Part shown: piece by piece, positions 55,264-64,000 of the stretch
How positions within the stretch are numbered: position 1 is the first letter of the stretch
How the letters are laid out: each line of letters opens with the position of its first letter
DNA from: Brevibacterium luteolum
GTDB lineage: Bacteria; Actinomycetota; Actinomycetes; Actinomycetales; Brevibacteriaceae
Direction: 5' to 3'
Length of the DNA stretch: 64,000 nt
Assembly: GCF_013004595.1 (NCBI RefSeq)
Contig: NZ_JABEMC010000005.1
Coordinates: 1-64,000, forward strand
Notes under the pieces: generated by a model
Databases searched by the model: none
Seen by the model: the letters and a program-made list of their open reading frames with translations, nothing else
Told to the model about the DNA's origin: nothing
Translations under genes and position numbers: made by a program

Positions 55264-56049
55264 CTACGGGCTGGCGATAGAGGCGGTTAACAGCTCCGCA
55301 CATCTGTAACGGTCGAAGCCAGTGGGAAGGTCAGAATTGTCGGCCGTTCGCAGCAAATAGCGCGTGAGGCGTTCGCTCACACGCGCCGCATCGAGTCGAT
55401 ATCCGCGCGGCGGGCCGTCATCGAGCGACCATGTCACGGATGGGTGCTCTTCGCGTATCTCCAGAAGTAGGGCCAGATCACTCAGGTCAGCGTCGCTTCT
55501 GCGGCTGCTCCAGCTCAGCAGTTTGAGGATCACGGCTGTTTCGACATCAGGAATTTTCGTCCGATAGAGCAATGTCTGACCTCCGCTGAGCCGTACGTCT
55601 ACCTCCGTGTCGATCGCTGGAGCGCTCAGAGCAAACGTCAGTTCAGGAAGGGCGTCGACGAGTCCGACTCCTGGCACGTTTCGAGTACTCAGGCCAGGGT
55701 TCGGGCTGAGTGAGGGCAGAAGGACGTTGATCTCCAGCTGCTGTCCACGGCCAGTGTGCTTGACAAGCTGATTCGCTCGCAGATTCTCAAAACCGCGCCG
55801 GCGCAGCTGAGTGACGAGAGAACCGACGGCTTCTACTGTCCCGACGGTTGCATCGGCGTCTCGCGTCACCCGCATGCTGCGATGCGTGACCGGATAGTGG
55901 GCCAGCAGCAATCGCACCATGAAGCCGCCGATCAGTCGGTAGTCGATGTCTGACTCAGCTGCACTGTCGAGTTCGCTCTGGGCCAGGAAGCCGAGATCTT
56001 CCGCTGGCCCGGCAGACTCCACAGAAACGCGCCGCACATTCTCAGGCAT
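55264..56049 (-). CDS. Nucleotidyltransferase, AbiEii/MenT-like type IV toxin candidate
   Basis: YRLIGGFMV, RVTRDADA (GG plus RxTxDxD), VILKLLSW..R...DLSDL. Confidence 0.75.
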   Translation of the reverse strand: MPENVRRVSVESAGPAEDLGFLAQSELDSAAESDIDYRLIGGFMVRLLLAHYPVTHRSMRVTRDADATVGTVEAVGSLVTQLRRRGFENLRANQLVKHTGRGQQLEINVLLPSLSPNPGLSTRNVPGVGLVDALPELTFALSAPAIDTEVDVRLSGGQTLLYRTKIPDVETAVILKLLSWSSRRSDADLSDLALLLEIREEHPSVTWSLDDGPPRGYRLDAARVSERLTRYLLRTADNSDLPTGFDRYRCAELLTASIASP

Positions 56050-57010
56050 CGACACCGACTTCCTTCGACAAACACATGCGAGCAAGGTGTTCGGCAGCAG
56101 CGGTCACCCGGGAGCTGCCGGCTGCACGCAGGTCGGAATAGATGAGAGGCCAGTCAACGGTCGACAGCTTTCCATCGGCATGCGCATCGAAGGCTCGCAC
56201 CGCCCATACCGTCGGGTCACGCGGGATTCGTATGCGAAGCGTCGCCGCCTCTAACGGCACTGGCACGAAGCGCAGCCCAGAAAGGTCTATCGGAGCAGAC
56301 ACGTAGATCAAGCCAACCTGCGAAACCGCGTACGGCGCCCGGGCCTCGGCTGCAACCTCACCGCTGATGAGCGGTCTGACACTCTGCCGGATCGCCTCGC
56401 CGTACGCTTCATCAACCTGGGTTGCGACTGCTTGCGGACTTCGCCATCCGAACTCGTGGGCGCCGTCGTCCCGATACTCTTCCATCCATTTTGCGAGCAG
56501 TGTGCTCCTGTCACGAACGGAGTATCCCGATTCACCGCGGTCACAATCGATCTGTGTCAAGGCCAGTGAGACAGCCTGCTGGGTCACTCCGAGCACGTCG
56601 GAGAGCTCGCGCTGGGAAACAGGCTCGCTGGTGGCGAGCAGACTTCGCATCACCGCCCACCTCACCCATGGCAGCGGGCCCCGCCGCGGCCGTTTGGTAT
56701 AACTGCGCGCTCCAGCCCGGGTTTGGCAGATCTCACGCCCGTTCAGGATCAAACGTCGAGGAGTCTCAGTGAGCAGATCGATCTCGCCGTGCCGCGCCCG
56801 ATCGACTACGCCTGCAGTCGCTGACCGTCCCGCGTAGAGAGTACGTAGCCCAGAACCGGTGGCCCGAAGCGTATGCGCTGTCACTCGCTCCTGGGCAGCC
56901 CACGGGTTCACCTCTACGGGTCGACCATCGGCAGGCGTCAGCCTCCAGGTCCCTGAGGTTCCAGGATCAACGCGCACATCGAGATCACGGAGCAGCTCAG
57001 AGATGTCCAT
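56042..57010 (-). CDS. AbiEi-like antitoxin / transcriptional regulator (wHTH plus AbiEi-type C-terminal domain)
   Basis: SQRELSDVLGVTQQAVSLAL HTH, LLAKWMEEY, LISGEVAA, VDWPLIYSDL...AAEHL; overlaps the NTase start. Confidence 0.72.
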   Translation of the reverse strand: MDISELLRDLDVRVDPGTSGTWRLTPADGRPVEVNPWAAQERVTAHTLRATGSGLRTLYAGRSATAGVVDRARHGEIDLLTETPRRLILNGREICQTRAGARSYTKRPRRGPLPWVRWAVMRSLLATSEPVSQRELSDVLGVTQQAVSLALTQIDCDRGESGYSVRDRSTLLAKWMEEYRDDGAHEFGWRSPQAVATQVDEAYGEAIRQSVRPLISGEVAAEARAPYAVSQVGLIYVSAPIDLSGLRFVPVPLEAATLRIRIPRDPTVWAVRAFDAHADGKLSTVDWPLIYSDLRAAGSSRVTAAAEHLARMCLSKEVGVDA

Positions 57011-57021
57011 ACCTGCCCCCT

Positions 57022-57058
57022 TACAAGAGTAATCCTATAAAACGATTCTACTCTTGTA
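57022..57058. promoter_or_regulatory. Inverted-repeat operator over the AbiE-like promoter
   Basis: TACAAGAGTA (57022-57031) / TACTCTTGTA (57049-57058), AT-rich, overlapping TAGAAT/TAGGAT on the minus strand. Confidence 0.75.
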
Positions 57059-57085
57059 GACCGTGGTCACGCATCTCGGCGGCTC

Positions 57086-57634
57086 CTACCGCAGCCGCTT
57101 CTCCAGGATCGCGAACTCCAGATCGTCGCGTTTGGGGATCCCGAAGCGCTCGTCCCCGTAGGGAAACGGCTCAATCTCACCGGTATTGGCGTAGCCGCGG
57201 CGCTCGTAGTAGGCGATGAGCTCGGTGCGCTGTCGGATGACGCTCATCCGGATCCGGGCGGCATCCCAGTTCTCCTTGACCCACGCCTCGGCCCAGGCCA
57301 TGAGCTTCGAACCGGTGCCGGTGCCCTGCGCGGCCGGAGCGACGGCGAACATGCCGAGGTAGGCACACGCGTCATCCCGCTCAACGAGCTGCACGGTCGC
57401 CAGCGGCGTCCCATCAGGTGAGCGCACGAGGAACACGACAGTGCGGGGTTCGGCCAGCGTCTCGGCAGCCAGCTGCGGATCGAGGCGCTGCCCGTCGAGC
57501 AGATCGGCCTCGGTCGTCCAGCCCGCCCGCGAGGCGTTCCCGCGGTAGGCGGATTCGATGAGGGCGACCCAGTCGGGAATGTCAGCCTCACCCACCTGCG
57601 CGGGTGCGAAGGCCTCCCCTGCCGGTGTCGTCAC
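57086..57634 (-). CDS. GNAT N-acetyltransferase
   Basis: SAYRG...GWTTEADLLDGQR, QGTGTG, YYERRGY; GTGA overlap with the upstream gene. Confidence 0.88.
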   Translation of the reverse strand: MTTPAGEAFAPAQVGEADIPDWVALIESAYRGNASRAGWTTEADLLDGQRLDPQLAAETLAEPRTVVFLVRSPDGTPLATVQLVERDDACAYLGMFAVAPAAQGTGTGSKLMAWAEAWVKENWDAARIRMSVIRQRTELIAYYERRGYANTGEIEPFPYGDERFGIPKRDDLEFAILEKRLR

Positions 57635-58578
57635 CGTTCGAGCGCCTCGTACACGGCTGAGGCGATCGCCAGATCCTCCCACGACATGCCGGAGGTCTTG
57701 AACACCACCGGCTTGTCCGGGTCGAGAATCTCGGTGCCCTTGCACACGACGTCGCGGAAGGTCACGACGTCGTCGATCGTCAGCTCGTTCTCCGCGATCG
57801 CCAGCACGAGGTCGCCGCATTCGGCCTCGGCGGTGTGCTTCGCTTCGACGATGACGGTGCCGCGGCCGAGCAGCTCAGCCGGCAGCTCACGGCAGTCCGG
57901 GGAATGGGAGCCGATCGCCACGACGATCGCGTCCTTGCGGATGCTCGCGGCATTGAACAGCGGCTCGGAGGCCGAGGTCGCGGTGATGATGAGATCGCAG
58001 TCGTGCAGCGCCTGCTCGGCGCCTTCGCTGCCGGAGAGGATCGGCGAGCCGCTCAGCCCGCGGTCCTCAAGCCCGGCGAGCACCTCATCGGCACGCTCGA
58101 GGCTTTTGACGCCGACCTTGACGTCGTGGATCTTCGTCACCGCCGCAGTCGCATCAATGTGCGGTAGGGCCTGCGGACCTACGCCGTAGAGGGCCAGGCG
58201 CACCCCGTCGGGGAACCGCCGTTCGATGACGTCCTTGACGCCGGCCAGCGAGACGGCCGGGGTGCGGATGTTCGTGATCGCGATCCCGTCGAGGTAGGCC
58301 AGCGTCGTGTGGTTGTAGGAGTCGAGCAGCAGGTAGCTGCCCTGGATGCGCGGATGCCCGTCATCAGGGTTGTCCGGGGTGACGGTCAGGGCCTTGAACC
58401 CGCAGTAGCGGCCGAGCTCGGCGGGCATGAAGAGGAACTCACCGCGGCTGAGCTCAGCGGAGACACGAGCGGAGTCATCAGCAGGGTCGAAGTCACCGGT
58501 GAGCGCATTGCGCAGCGCCTCGATCGCCTTTCCGTAATCCATGTGGGCAAGAATCGTGTCACCGTCGATGATCTTCAT
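57631..58578 (-). CDS. Ornithine cyclodeaminase / mu-crystallin family protein
   Basis: FLFMPA, TNIRTPAVS, GVGPQA, AIGSHSP, FKTSGMSWED. Confidence 0.9.
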   Translation of the reverse strand: MKIIDGDTILAHMDYGKAIEALRNALTGDFDPADDSARVSAELSRGEFLFMPAELGRYCGFKALTVTPDNPDDGHPRIQGSYLLLDSYNHTTLAYLDGIAITNIRTPAVSLAGVKDVIERRFPDGVRLALYGVGPQALPHIDATAAVTKIHDVKVGVKSLERADEVLAGLEDRGLSGSPILSGSEGAEQALHDCDLIITATSASEPLFNAASIRKDAIVVAIGSHSPDCRELPAELLGRGTVIVEAKHTAEAECGDLVLAIAENELTIDDVVTFRDVVCKGTEILDPDKPVVFKTSGMSWEDLAIASAVYEALER

Positions 58579-58747
58579 GGGTCCTCCCGGGTTGGGCCTG
58601 CGGCGGTTTCCCACCAGCCTAGCGGGCGGATCGCCGCGCGTCCGGGCCGCTCGCATGACGGGAGTAGAGTCGGTCGTGAGGACGCTGCCGTTCCCGAGGT
58701 GGTCGAGACTCCCAGCCGGCCGCCGGCAGGTCGATGAAAGGACGCAC

Positions 58748-59062
58748 ATGGACATCACCGTCGACTCCCAGACCTTCTCCTTGGCCCACGACGCCGAGGC
58801 CAGCCGCTACACCATCAGCCATGACGGCGAGCAGATCGGGTTCGCCGACTACCACCAGTCCGGCGAGGCCGGTGCCGGTGGCATCCGCGACTTCGACCAC
58901 ACCGTCGTCTCCCCTGAATGGGGCGGCCGCGGGCTGGCCGGCGCGCTCGTCGACTATGCGCTGACCGACACCGTCGATGCCGGCTTCCGGATCAGCCCGA
59001 CCTGCTCCTACGTCGAGCACTACGTCGGCAAGCACCCGCAGTGGCAGGACCACCTCGCCTGA
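58748..59062 (+). CDS. Small GNAT (YjdJ-like) acetyltransferase
   Basis: FDHTVVSPEWGGRGLAG, PTCSYV. Confidence 0.88.
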   Translation: MDITVDSQTFSLAHDAEASRYTISHDGEQIGFADYHQSGEAGAGGIRDFDHTVVSPEWGGRGLAGALVDYALTDTVDAGFRISPTCSYVEHYVGKHPQWQDHLA

Positions 59063-59212
59063 TTCCCCGCCCCAGCTGACCGGCTTCTGTGCTGGTCAGC
59101 ACTGCGGAGTCTCATGTGCGCTCGGCTCGGCTTCACAATGTGCGGCCGCGGTCTAGACTGGCAGCGGAACCCCGCAGTTTCAGACGAACTCTCGTTTCTC
59201 AAGGAGGCGAAC

Positions 59213-60670
59213 ATGGACATCCAGCCCATTCTGGACAAGGTCAACACCGGTCTCTTCATCAACGGCGAATGGCGCGAGGCCGAAGGCGGCAAGACCATCG
59301 ACGTGGAGAACCCGGCCACCGGTGAGGTCATCGCGACTGTCGCCGACGGTTCGGCAGCCGATGCCGAGGAGGCGATCCGCGTCGCCGGTGAGAAGCAGGC
59401 CGAATGGGCTGCCGTGCCCCCGCGTGAGCGCGGCGAGATCCTGCGCAGGGCCTATGAGCTGCTCATCGAGCGCCAGGAGGACATCGCCACGGTGATGACC
59501 GCCGAGATGGGCAAGGGCATCGCCGAGTCCCGCGGCGAGGTCGCCTACGGTGCTGAGTTCTTCCGCTGGTTCGCCGAGGAGGCCGTGCGCGTCTCCGGCA
59601 ACTTCATGCAGTCCACTGATGGCAAGAACCGCATTATGGTCTCCCGTGAGCCGGTCGGCCCGTCGGTGCTCGTGACCCCGTGGAACTTCCCGCTGGCGAT
59701 GGGCACCCGCAAGATCGGCCCGGCGATCGCGGCCGGCTGCACGATGGTGTTCAAGCCTGCGAAGCTCACCCCGCTGACCTCGCTCATGCTCGTCGACGTG
59801 CTCAATGACGCCGGCCTGCCCGCCGGTGTGCTCAATGTCGTCACCTCGAACTCCGCTCGCCGGGTTGTGACCCCGTGGATGGAGTCGAACATCGCCCGCA
59901 AGGTCACCTTCACCGGTTCGACCGAGGTCGGTGTCGGACTGCTGGAGCAGGCCGCGCAGAACGTCATGAAGTCCTCGATGGAGCTCGGCGGCAACGCCCC
60001 GTTCGTCGTGTGCGAGGACGCTGACCTCGACAAGGCCGTCGAAGGTGCGCTGCTGGCCAAGATGCGCAACATCGGCGAGGCCTGCACGGCTGCCAACCGC
60101 TTCTTCGTCCACTCCTCGCTGGCCGATGAGTTCGCGCAGCGCATGGCCGATGAGATGGGCAAGATGACCGTCGGCAACGGCCTGGATGAGAACAACAAGA
60201 TCGGCCCGCTCGTCGAGGAGAAGGCTCGCGACAAGGTCGCCAGCCTCGTCGACGACGCTGTCGAGAAGGGCGCGAAGGTCCTCACCGGCGGCAAGAAGGT
60301 CGACGGACCTGGCTACTTCTACGAGCCGACCGTGCTGACGAACGTCTCGGAGGACTCCGAGATCCGCAAGGAGGAGATCTTCGGGCCCGTCGCTGCGATC
60401 TTCACCTTCGACACCGATGAAGAGGCCGTCGAGATGGCCAACGAGACCGACTTCGGTCTCTCCGGCTACCTCTTCACCGAGAACCTCGCTCGCGGCATGA
60501 AGCTCTCCGAGCAGCTCGAATGCGGCATGATCGGCCTCAACACCGGTCTCGTGTCGAACCCGGGCGCGCCGTTCGGCGGAGTCAAGCACTCCGGTCTCGG
60601 CCGTGAGGGCGGACAGGTCGGCATCGACGAGTTCCTCGAGGTCAAGTACGTCACGACCCCGCGCAGCTGA
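59213..60670 (+). CDS. gabD: NAD(P)-dependent succinate-semialdehyde dehydrogenase
   Basis: EFFRWFAEEA, TPWNFP, MELGGNAPF, KMRNIGEACT, EEIFGP; AAGGAGG RBS. Confidence 0.9.
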   Translation: MDIQPILDKVNTGLFINGEWREAEGGKTIDVENPATGEVIATVADGSAADAEEAIRVAGEKQAEWAAVPPRERGEILRRAYELLIERQEDIATVMTAEMGKGIAESRGEVAYGAEFFRWFAEEAVRVSGNFMQSTDGKNRIMVSREPVGPSVLVTPWNFPLAMGTRKIGPAIAAGCTMVFKPAKLTPLTSLMLVDVLNDAGLPAGVLNVVTSNSARRVVTPWMESNIARKVTFTGSTEVGVGLLEQAAQNVMKSSMELGGNAPFVVCEDADLDKAVEGALLAKMRNIGEACTAANRFFVHSSLADEFAQRMADEMGKMTVGNGLDENNKIGPLVEEKARDKVASLVDDAVEKGAKVLTGGKKVDGPGYFYEPTVLTNVSEDSEIRKEEIFGPVAAIFTFDTDEEAVEMANETDFGLSGYLFTENLARGMKLSEQLECGMIGLNTGLVSNPGAPFGGVKHSGLGREGGQVGIDEFLEVKYVTTPRS

Positions 60671-60707
60671 TGTGAACTCCGGCTGAGCTCAGCCGGCACA
60701 TCGCCGC

Positions 60708-60739
60708 GAAGGCCCCGAACCGATCGGTTCGGGGCCTTC
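60708..60739. terminator. Bidirectional hairpin terminator
   Basis: Perfect palindrome GAAGGCCCCGAACCGATCGGTTCGGGGCCTTC. Confidence 0.75.
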
Positions 60740-60755
60740 AGCGTTGGCGGGTGGT

Positions 60756-62564
60756 TCAGGCGCGGCGGCGGGCGAGCACGTCGTCGATGCTCGCGACCCC
60801 GGCGCCGGAATCTGTGCCGGTGGCCTTGAAGCGGATCGCGGTGCGGCCGTGGGACAGTGGGCCGGACTCGGCGTCCTCGTCACGTGCTGCGTCCTGAAGC
60901 TCGGGGCGGTAGCCGAGCTCGGCGGCGAACATCTCGGCCAGCGATTCCTTCGACTGCGGTTCGAGGGTGAACGAGGTGGCATCGGCGACGACCGGCTCAG
61001 GCTGATCGCGTTCGACGACTGGGGCGTCGACGTAGGTCGGCTTCGGCAGCGGGCTGGGCTTCCAGCCGGTGGCCTGCAGACGCTGAGCGAAGGGATCCGT
61101 GCCCACGGTCTCTGCCCGCTCGTCCTTGTCCTCAGCATCAGCCTCGGTCTCCGCATCAGCCTCGGCGGTCTCTGCAGTGTCCTTCGCTGGCTTCGGGCCG
61201 AAGCTCAGCGACAGGGCGGCCTCAGTGGTGCGGGAGACGATGACGGTCGTGTCGTTCTCCGCGTTCGAGTCCGCATCGTCCTCAGCAGCGTCAGTGACCT
61301 GGTCCTCGACCGACTCGTCAGCCGGGGACTCGGCGTCGGCGGCCTCGACCTGTGCCGGTGTTGGAGCCGGCTCTGCGGGCGCCTCGGCGGCGGTGTCGTC
61401 TGCGGTCGTCTTCTCGGCAGCCGGGGTCTCGTCGATGTCGAGGATGTGGCGCGGGAAGCGGCGGGCCTGCGAGCTGGCCGGCACCTCAGCCGGCTGGCGG
61501 GGTTCAGAGCTGTCGAGCACCTCGGCGGCATGGGCGCGGCGGGCGGAGACGACCTCAGCGGTGCGGCGCTGCTGGGCAGGATGCTCAGCCGGGCGCTGCT
61601 GACCGCGTGCAGGTTCGTAGCTGCGTGCCGTGCGTGCGGCCGGTGCGGTCGCCTCGCGGCGCAGGGTGCGCACGCGCTTGTTGAGTGAGCCGACGAGGAC
61701 GACGGAGCCGGCGGCGATGACTGCCGTCAGCAGGGGCACCGCCCAGGGCACGACGCTGAAGGCGGCGAGCACGGCGGTGACGAGGGTGGCCGCGAGCATG
61801 CCGAGGAACACGACGGAGACCATCGGGATGATCGAGCGGATGCCAGCGATCTTCTCTGCGGTCTGCCCGTCGATCTCCGGAGCCGGCCGGCGGGCCGAGT
61901 GGGCGCTGCCTGCTTGCGGTGCACCGCCTCGGGCGCGGTGGCTGCCGGTTCCCGCGCCGGGGGCAGCGGGACGGCGGGGGCCGGTCGCTGCCTGCGTGCG
62001 GGCAGTGTCGAGGTGACGACGCAGGTGAGCCGGCATGGCAGCCGGGCGGCTGCGGTGCGTCGGGGAAGGTCCGGCATCGGGTGTGTTCGTCATCATCGCA
62101 TCCAGGTGGTTGTCGGGGCGGCGGTCGCGCAGCGTCGCCGTCTGCGCGGCGGTGTGCAGCTGGGTCAGAGTGTGGGTCTCACCGGCGGCCAGCGGCAGCT
62201 CGATGTACTCGGCCTCCGCAGTGTCGGCTTCGGCTTCTGCGGCGGTGTCCTCGGCTCCGCCGTCGATGACGGACAGGGCCGGGGCGGGGCGGCGCAGGCT
62301 CAGCTGCGCAGGTTCGGTCACGACCTCGACACCGGGTGGCGGGGCGTAGCGGGAGGCGGGGGTGGAGGCGGCGAAGAGCTCCGGGCGGGCAGGCTCCTCA
62401 GCACACGGCTCGGCAGCCGCCGGGCGCTGGCAGATCTCCGCGGTTTCGGGCACCTCGCTGAGCTCGCGCTGTGCCACTGCGCGGTCCGTTCGCCGCAGGA
62501 TTGCCGGCAACGTGAACGCGAAGAGCACGACGAGTGCGATGAGAACCGTGATGCTTGCCTCCAC
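60756..62564 (-). CDS. SepX/GlpR-like divisome membrane protein
   Basis: N-terminal TM, long disordered regions, central TM pair, WKPSPLPKPTYV and C-terminal IDDVLARRRA; lies after rimJ as in other actinobacteria. Confidence 0.7.
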   Translation of the reverse strand: MEASITVLIALVVLFAFTLPAILRRTDRAVAQRELSEVPETAEICQRPAAAEPCAEEPARPELFAASTPASRYAPPPGVEVVTEPAQLSLRRPAPALSVIDGGAEDTAAEAEADTAEAEYIELPLAAGETHTLTQLHTAAQTATLRDRRPDNHLDAMMTNTPDAGPSPTHRSRPAAMPAHLRRHLDTARTQAATGPRRPAAPGAGTGSHRARGGAPQAGSAHSARRPAPEIDGQTAEKIAGIRSIIPMVSVVFLGMLAATLVTAVLAAFSVVPWAVPLLTAVIAAGSVVLVGSLNKRVRTLRREATAPAARTARSYEPARGQQRPAEHPAQQRRTAEVVSARRAHAAEVLDSSEPRQPAEVPASSQARRFPRHILDIDETPAAEKTTADDTAAEAPAEPAPTPAQVEAADAESPADESVEDQVTDAAEDDADSNAENDTTVIVSRTTEAALSLSFGPKPAKDTAETAEADAETEADAEDKDERAETVGTDPFAQRLQATGWKPSPLPKPTYVDAPVVERDQPEPVVADATSFTLEPQSKESLAEMFAAELGYRPELQDAARDEDAESGPLSHGRTAIRFKATGTDSGAGVASIDDVLARRRA

Positions 62565-62631
62565 ACCACAACTGTATGGCCGCAGCGACTGTCACGATCG
62601 GATCACGGAGGGTGTGTCGAGAAACTGCTCT

Positions 62632-63240
62632 TCAGGTGCCCGGCTGGTGGTCGGAGCGGTTGCGCTGCCAGTAGTCGAGCAGGCCGAAGGGGACGTCCTC
62701 GCGCAGCAGCGCGAAGCTCAGATGGTCAGCCCAGGCGCCGTCGATGTGCATATAGCGTTCGCGGCGTCCTTCATAGCGGAAGCCGAGCTTTTCGACCACG
62801 CGCAGGCTGGCGGTGTTCTCCGGGCGGATGTTGATCTCCATCCGGTGCAGCCCAAGCGCGGTGAAGCAGTAATCGGTGGCCAGCGCCACGGCGGTCGGGG
62901 TGTGGCCGCGGCCTGCGAGCTGCTCGTCGATCCAGTAGCCGAGCTGGGCGGTCATGAGCGAGCTCCACTGGAACCCGGAGACGGTGAGCTGGCCGTGCAG
63001 CCGGCCGCCGATGTCGATGACGAAGGGCAGCAACCGGCCGGTCTTCGCCTGCCGATTCAGCAGCCGGCGCAGGTGGTGGAAGTCGGCAGGTTCGCCGCCG
63101 CGCGGGTCGGTGGCCTCCCATGGGGTCAGCCAGGCGCGGTTGCGGGCGCGCACCTCGGCGTAGTCCTTGGCATCGCGGCGAGTGAGGGGGCGCAGCAGCA
63201 CCTCGCCCTCGCGCAGTTCAACCGGCCAGTAGGAGCTCAC
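62632..63240 (-). CDS. rimJ: RimJ-like N-acetyltransferase
   Basis: NRAWLTPWEAT, LGYWID, LHRMEINIRPEN, HIDGAWADH. Confidence 0.85.
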   Translation of the reverse strand: MSSYWPVELREGEVLLRPLTRRDAKDYAEVRARNRAWLTPWEATDPRGGEPADFHHLRRLLNRQAKTGRLLPFVIDIGGRLHGQLTVSGFQWSSLMTAQLGYWIDEQLAGRGHTPTAVALATDYCFTALGLHRMEINIRPENTASLRVVEKLGFRYEGRRERYMHIDGAWADHLSFALLREDVPFGLLDYWQRNRSDHQPGT

Positions 63241-63866
63241 GGACGCTGCGGATCGCTGTCAGGGGTGCGGTTGAGCGGGACGACCTTCGGGCGCAGGTCA
63301 TGGACGACGGCTCCGGTGCCGGTGTCATCGCCGCCTGCTTCCTCGTCGTCGTCGCTCAGTTCGTCGAGCACATCGAGGATGATCGCCCCGACCTCCTGGA
63401 TGGCCGCCTGCACGCCGGTGACGTCATCGGGCAGGGTGAGCACGAGGGTGTCGCCGATCCAGCCGCAGGCCGGGGACTCGAAAACCGACCGGGAGTACCC
63501 GGCATCGAGCTGGGCGCGGCGGATCGACTGGGCCAGTCCCGGCACCGAGTGGTCGAGCGCCTCACCGACATCGGTGGCGAGGTCCTCACCGAGGCCGACA
63601 CCGAGCCGGCCGACGATGACGACGAGCCGGGCCCGGGCATCAGGACCGCCGAGGCCGGCGAGCCGCTCGTGCAGCGCCTCGCCCACCTCGGCGGCGCTGG
63701 TCTTGACGTCGAAACCGTACTCATCGAGCATCGTCTCCGCCGCCTCGGCAGCGGCTGTCACCTTCCGGCCCGCCAAGGGGCGGGACCGGCCGGCAGCGAT
63801 GACGAGCGCGCCGTAGGTCTCGGCGGCCTGGGACCCGCCGGCAGCGCTGCCGAACAGTCCGGTCAT
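63237..63866 (-). CDS. Degenerate MogA/MoaB-like molybdopterin-binding domain protein
   Basis: LVVIVGRLGVGLGED, VPGLAQSIR, LVLTLP in place of the canonical TTGGTG and NLPGSP; syntenic position. Confidence 0.6.
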   Translation of the reverse strand: MTGLFGSAAGGSQAAETYGALVIAAGRSRPLAGRKVTAAAEAAETMLDEYGFDVKTSAAEVGEALHERLAGLGGPDARARLVVIVGRLGVGLGEDLATDVGEALDHSVPGLAQSIRRAQLDAGYSRSVFESPACGWIGDTLVLTLPDDVTGVQAAIQEVGAIILDVLDELSDDDEEAGGDDTGTGAVVHDLRPKVVPLNRTPDSDPQRP

Positions 63867-63874
63867 CAGATCGC

Positions 63875-64000
63875 TCAGCTGTCGAGGCCGGCGACGTATT
63901 CGCGCAGCCAGCCGTTGAGTTCGTCTCCGAGGTCGTCGCGGCGCCCGGCGAGCGTGATGACGGCCTTGAGGTAGCTGATCTTGTCGCCGGTGTCGTAGCG
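63875..64000 (-). CDS. galU: UTP--glucose-1-phosphate uridylyltransferase, 3' end (partial)
   Basis: RYDTGDKISYLKAVITLAGRRDDLGDELNGWLREY. Confidence 0.85.
   Translation of the reverse strand, partial: RYDTGDKISYLKAVITLAGRRDDLGDELNGWLREYVAGLDS

Noticed and set aside
55253..57085. att sites or target-site duplications around the AbiE-like and NYN insertions
   Set aside because: No convincing direct repeats, integrase or tRNA at the boundaries.
60671..60755. tRNA often found downstream of sepX/glpR
   Set aside because: The interval holds only two palindromic hairpins; no cloverleaf or T-loop/CCA signature.
62614..62618. WhiA GACAC box upstream of the sepX/glpR-like gene
   Set aside because: It is only a 5-mer and lies at about -50 to -54 from the inferred start, further upstream than I expect for WhiA sites; too weak to call.

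Overview
High-GC actinobacterial chromosome segment; gene content and order look Micrococcales/Brevibacterium-like (inference). Left to right: (1) the left end of an IS3-family element inserted into the last of three tandem DUF4190-like membrane genes; (2) pmt followed by a nonulosonic-acid cell-wall polymer operon, probably Kdn/teichulosonic acid (NeuA-HAD fusion, NeuB, GT2, polysialyltransferase-like, fused putative GT, GtrA); (3) metNIQ and fhs; (4) a 2TM-NUDIX-like gene broken by one in-frame TGA; (5) a teichoic-acid-type cluster (two TagF-like genes, an AT-rich GT4, GT2s, CDP-alcohol phosphotransferase, galE, tagD); (6) mixed genes including an HhH-like protein with a histone-H1-like tail and an LPXTG protein with a 318-bp internal duplication; (7) an acyl-CoA catabolic cluster plus a TRAP transporter with two lipoprotein DctP paralogues, linked by a shared operator and CRP/GlxR-like boxes; (8) two small inserted toxin/defence-like modules; (9) the core galU-mog-rimJ-sepX/glpR block, which lacks moeA/glp here. 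The two modules in (8) are a lone NYN ribonuclease whose promoter first transcribes a ~40-nt terminated hairpin RNA (best candidate for an undescribed RNA-antitoxin/toxin-type system) and an AbiE-like type IV TA pair with an inverted-repeat operator. No rRNA, tRNA or CRISPR array was seen. All family calls come from motif reading, not database searches.
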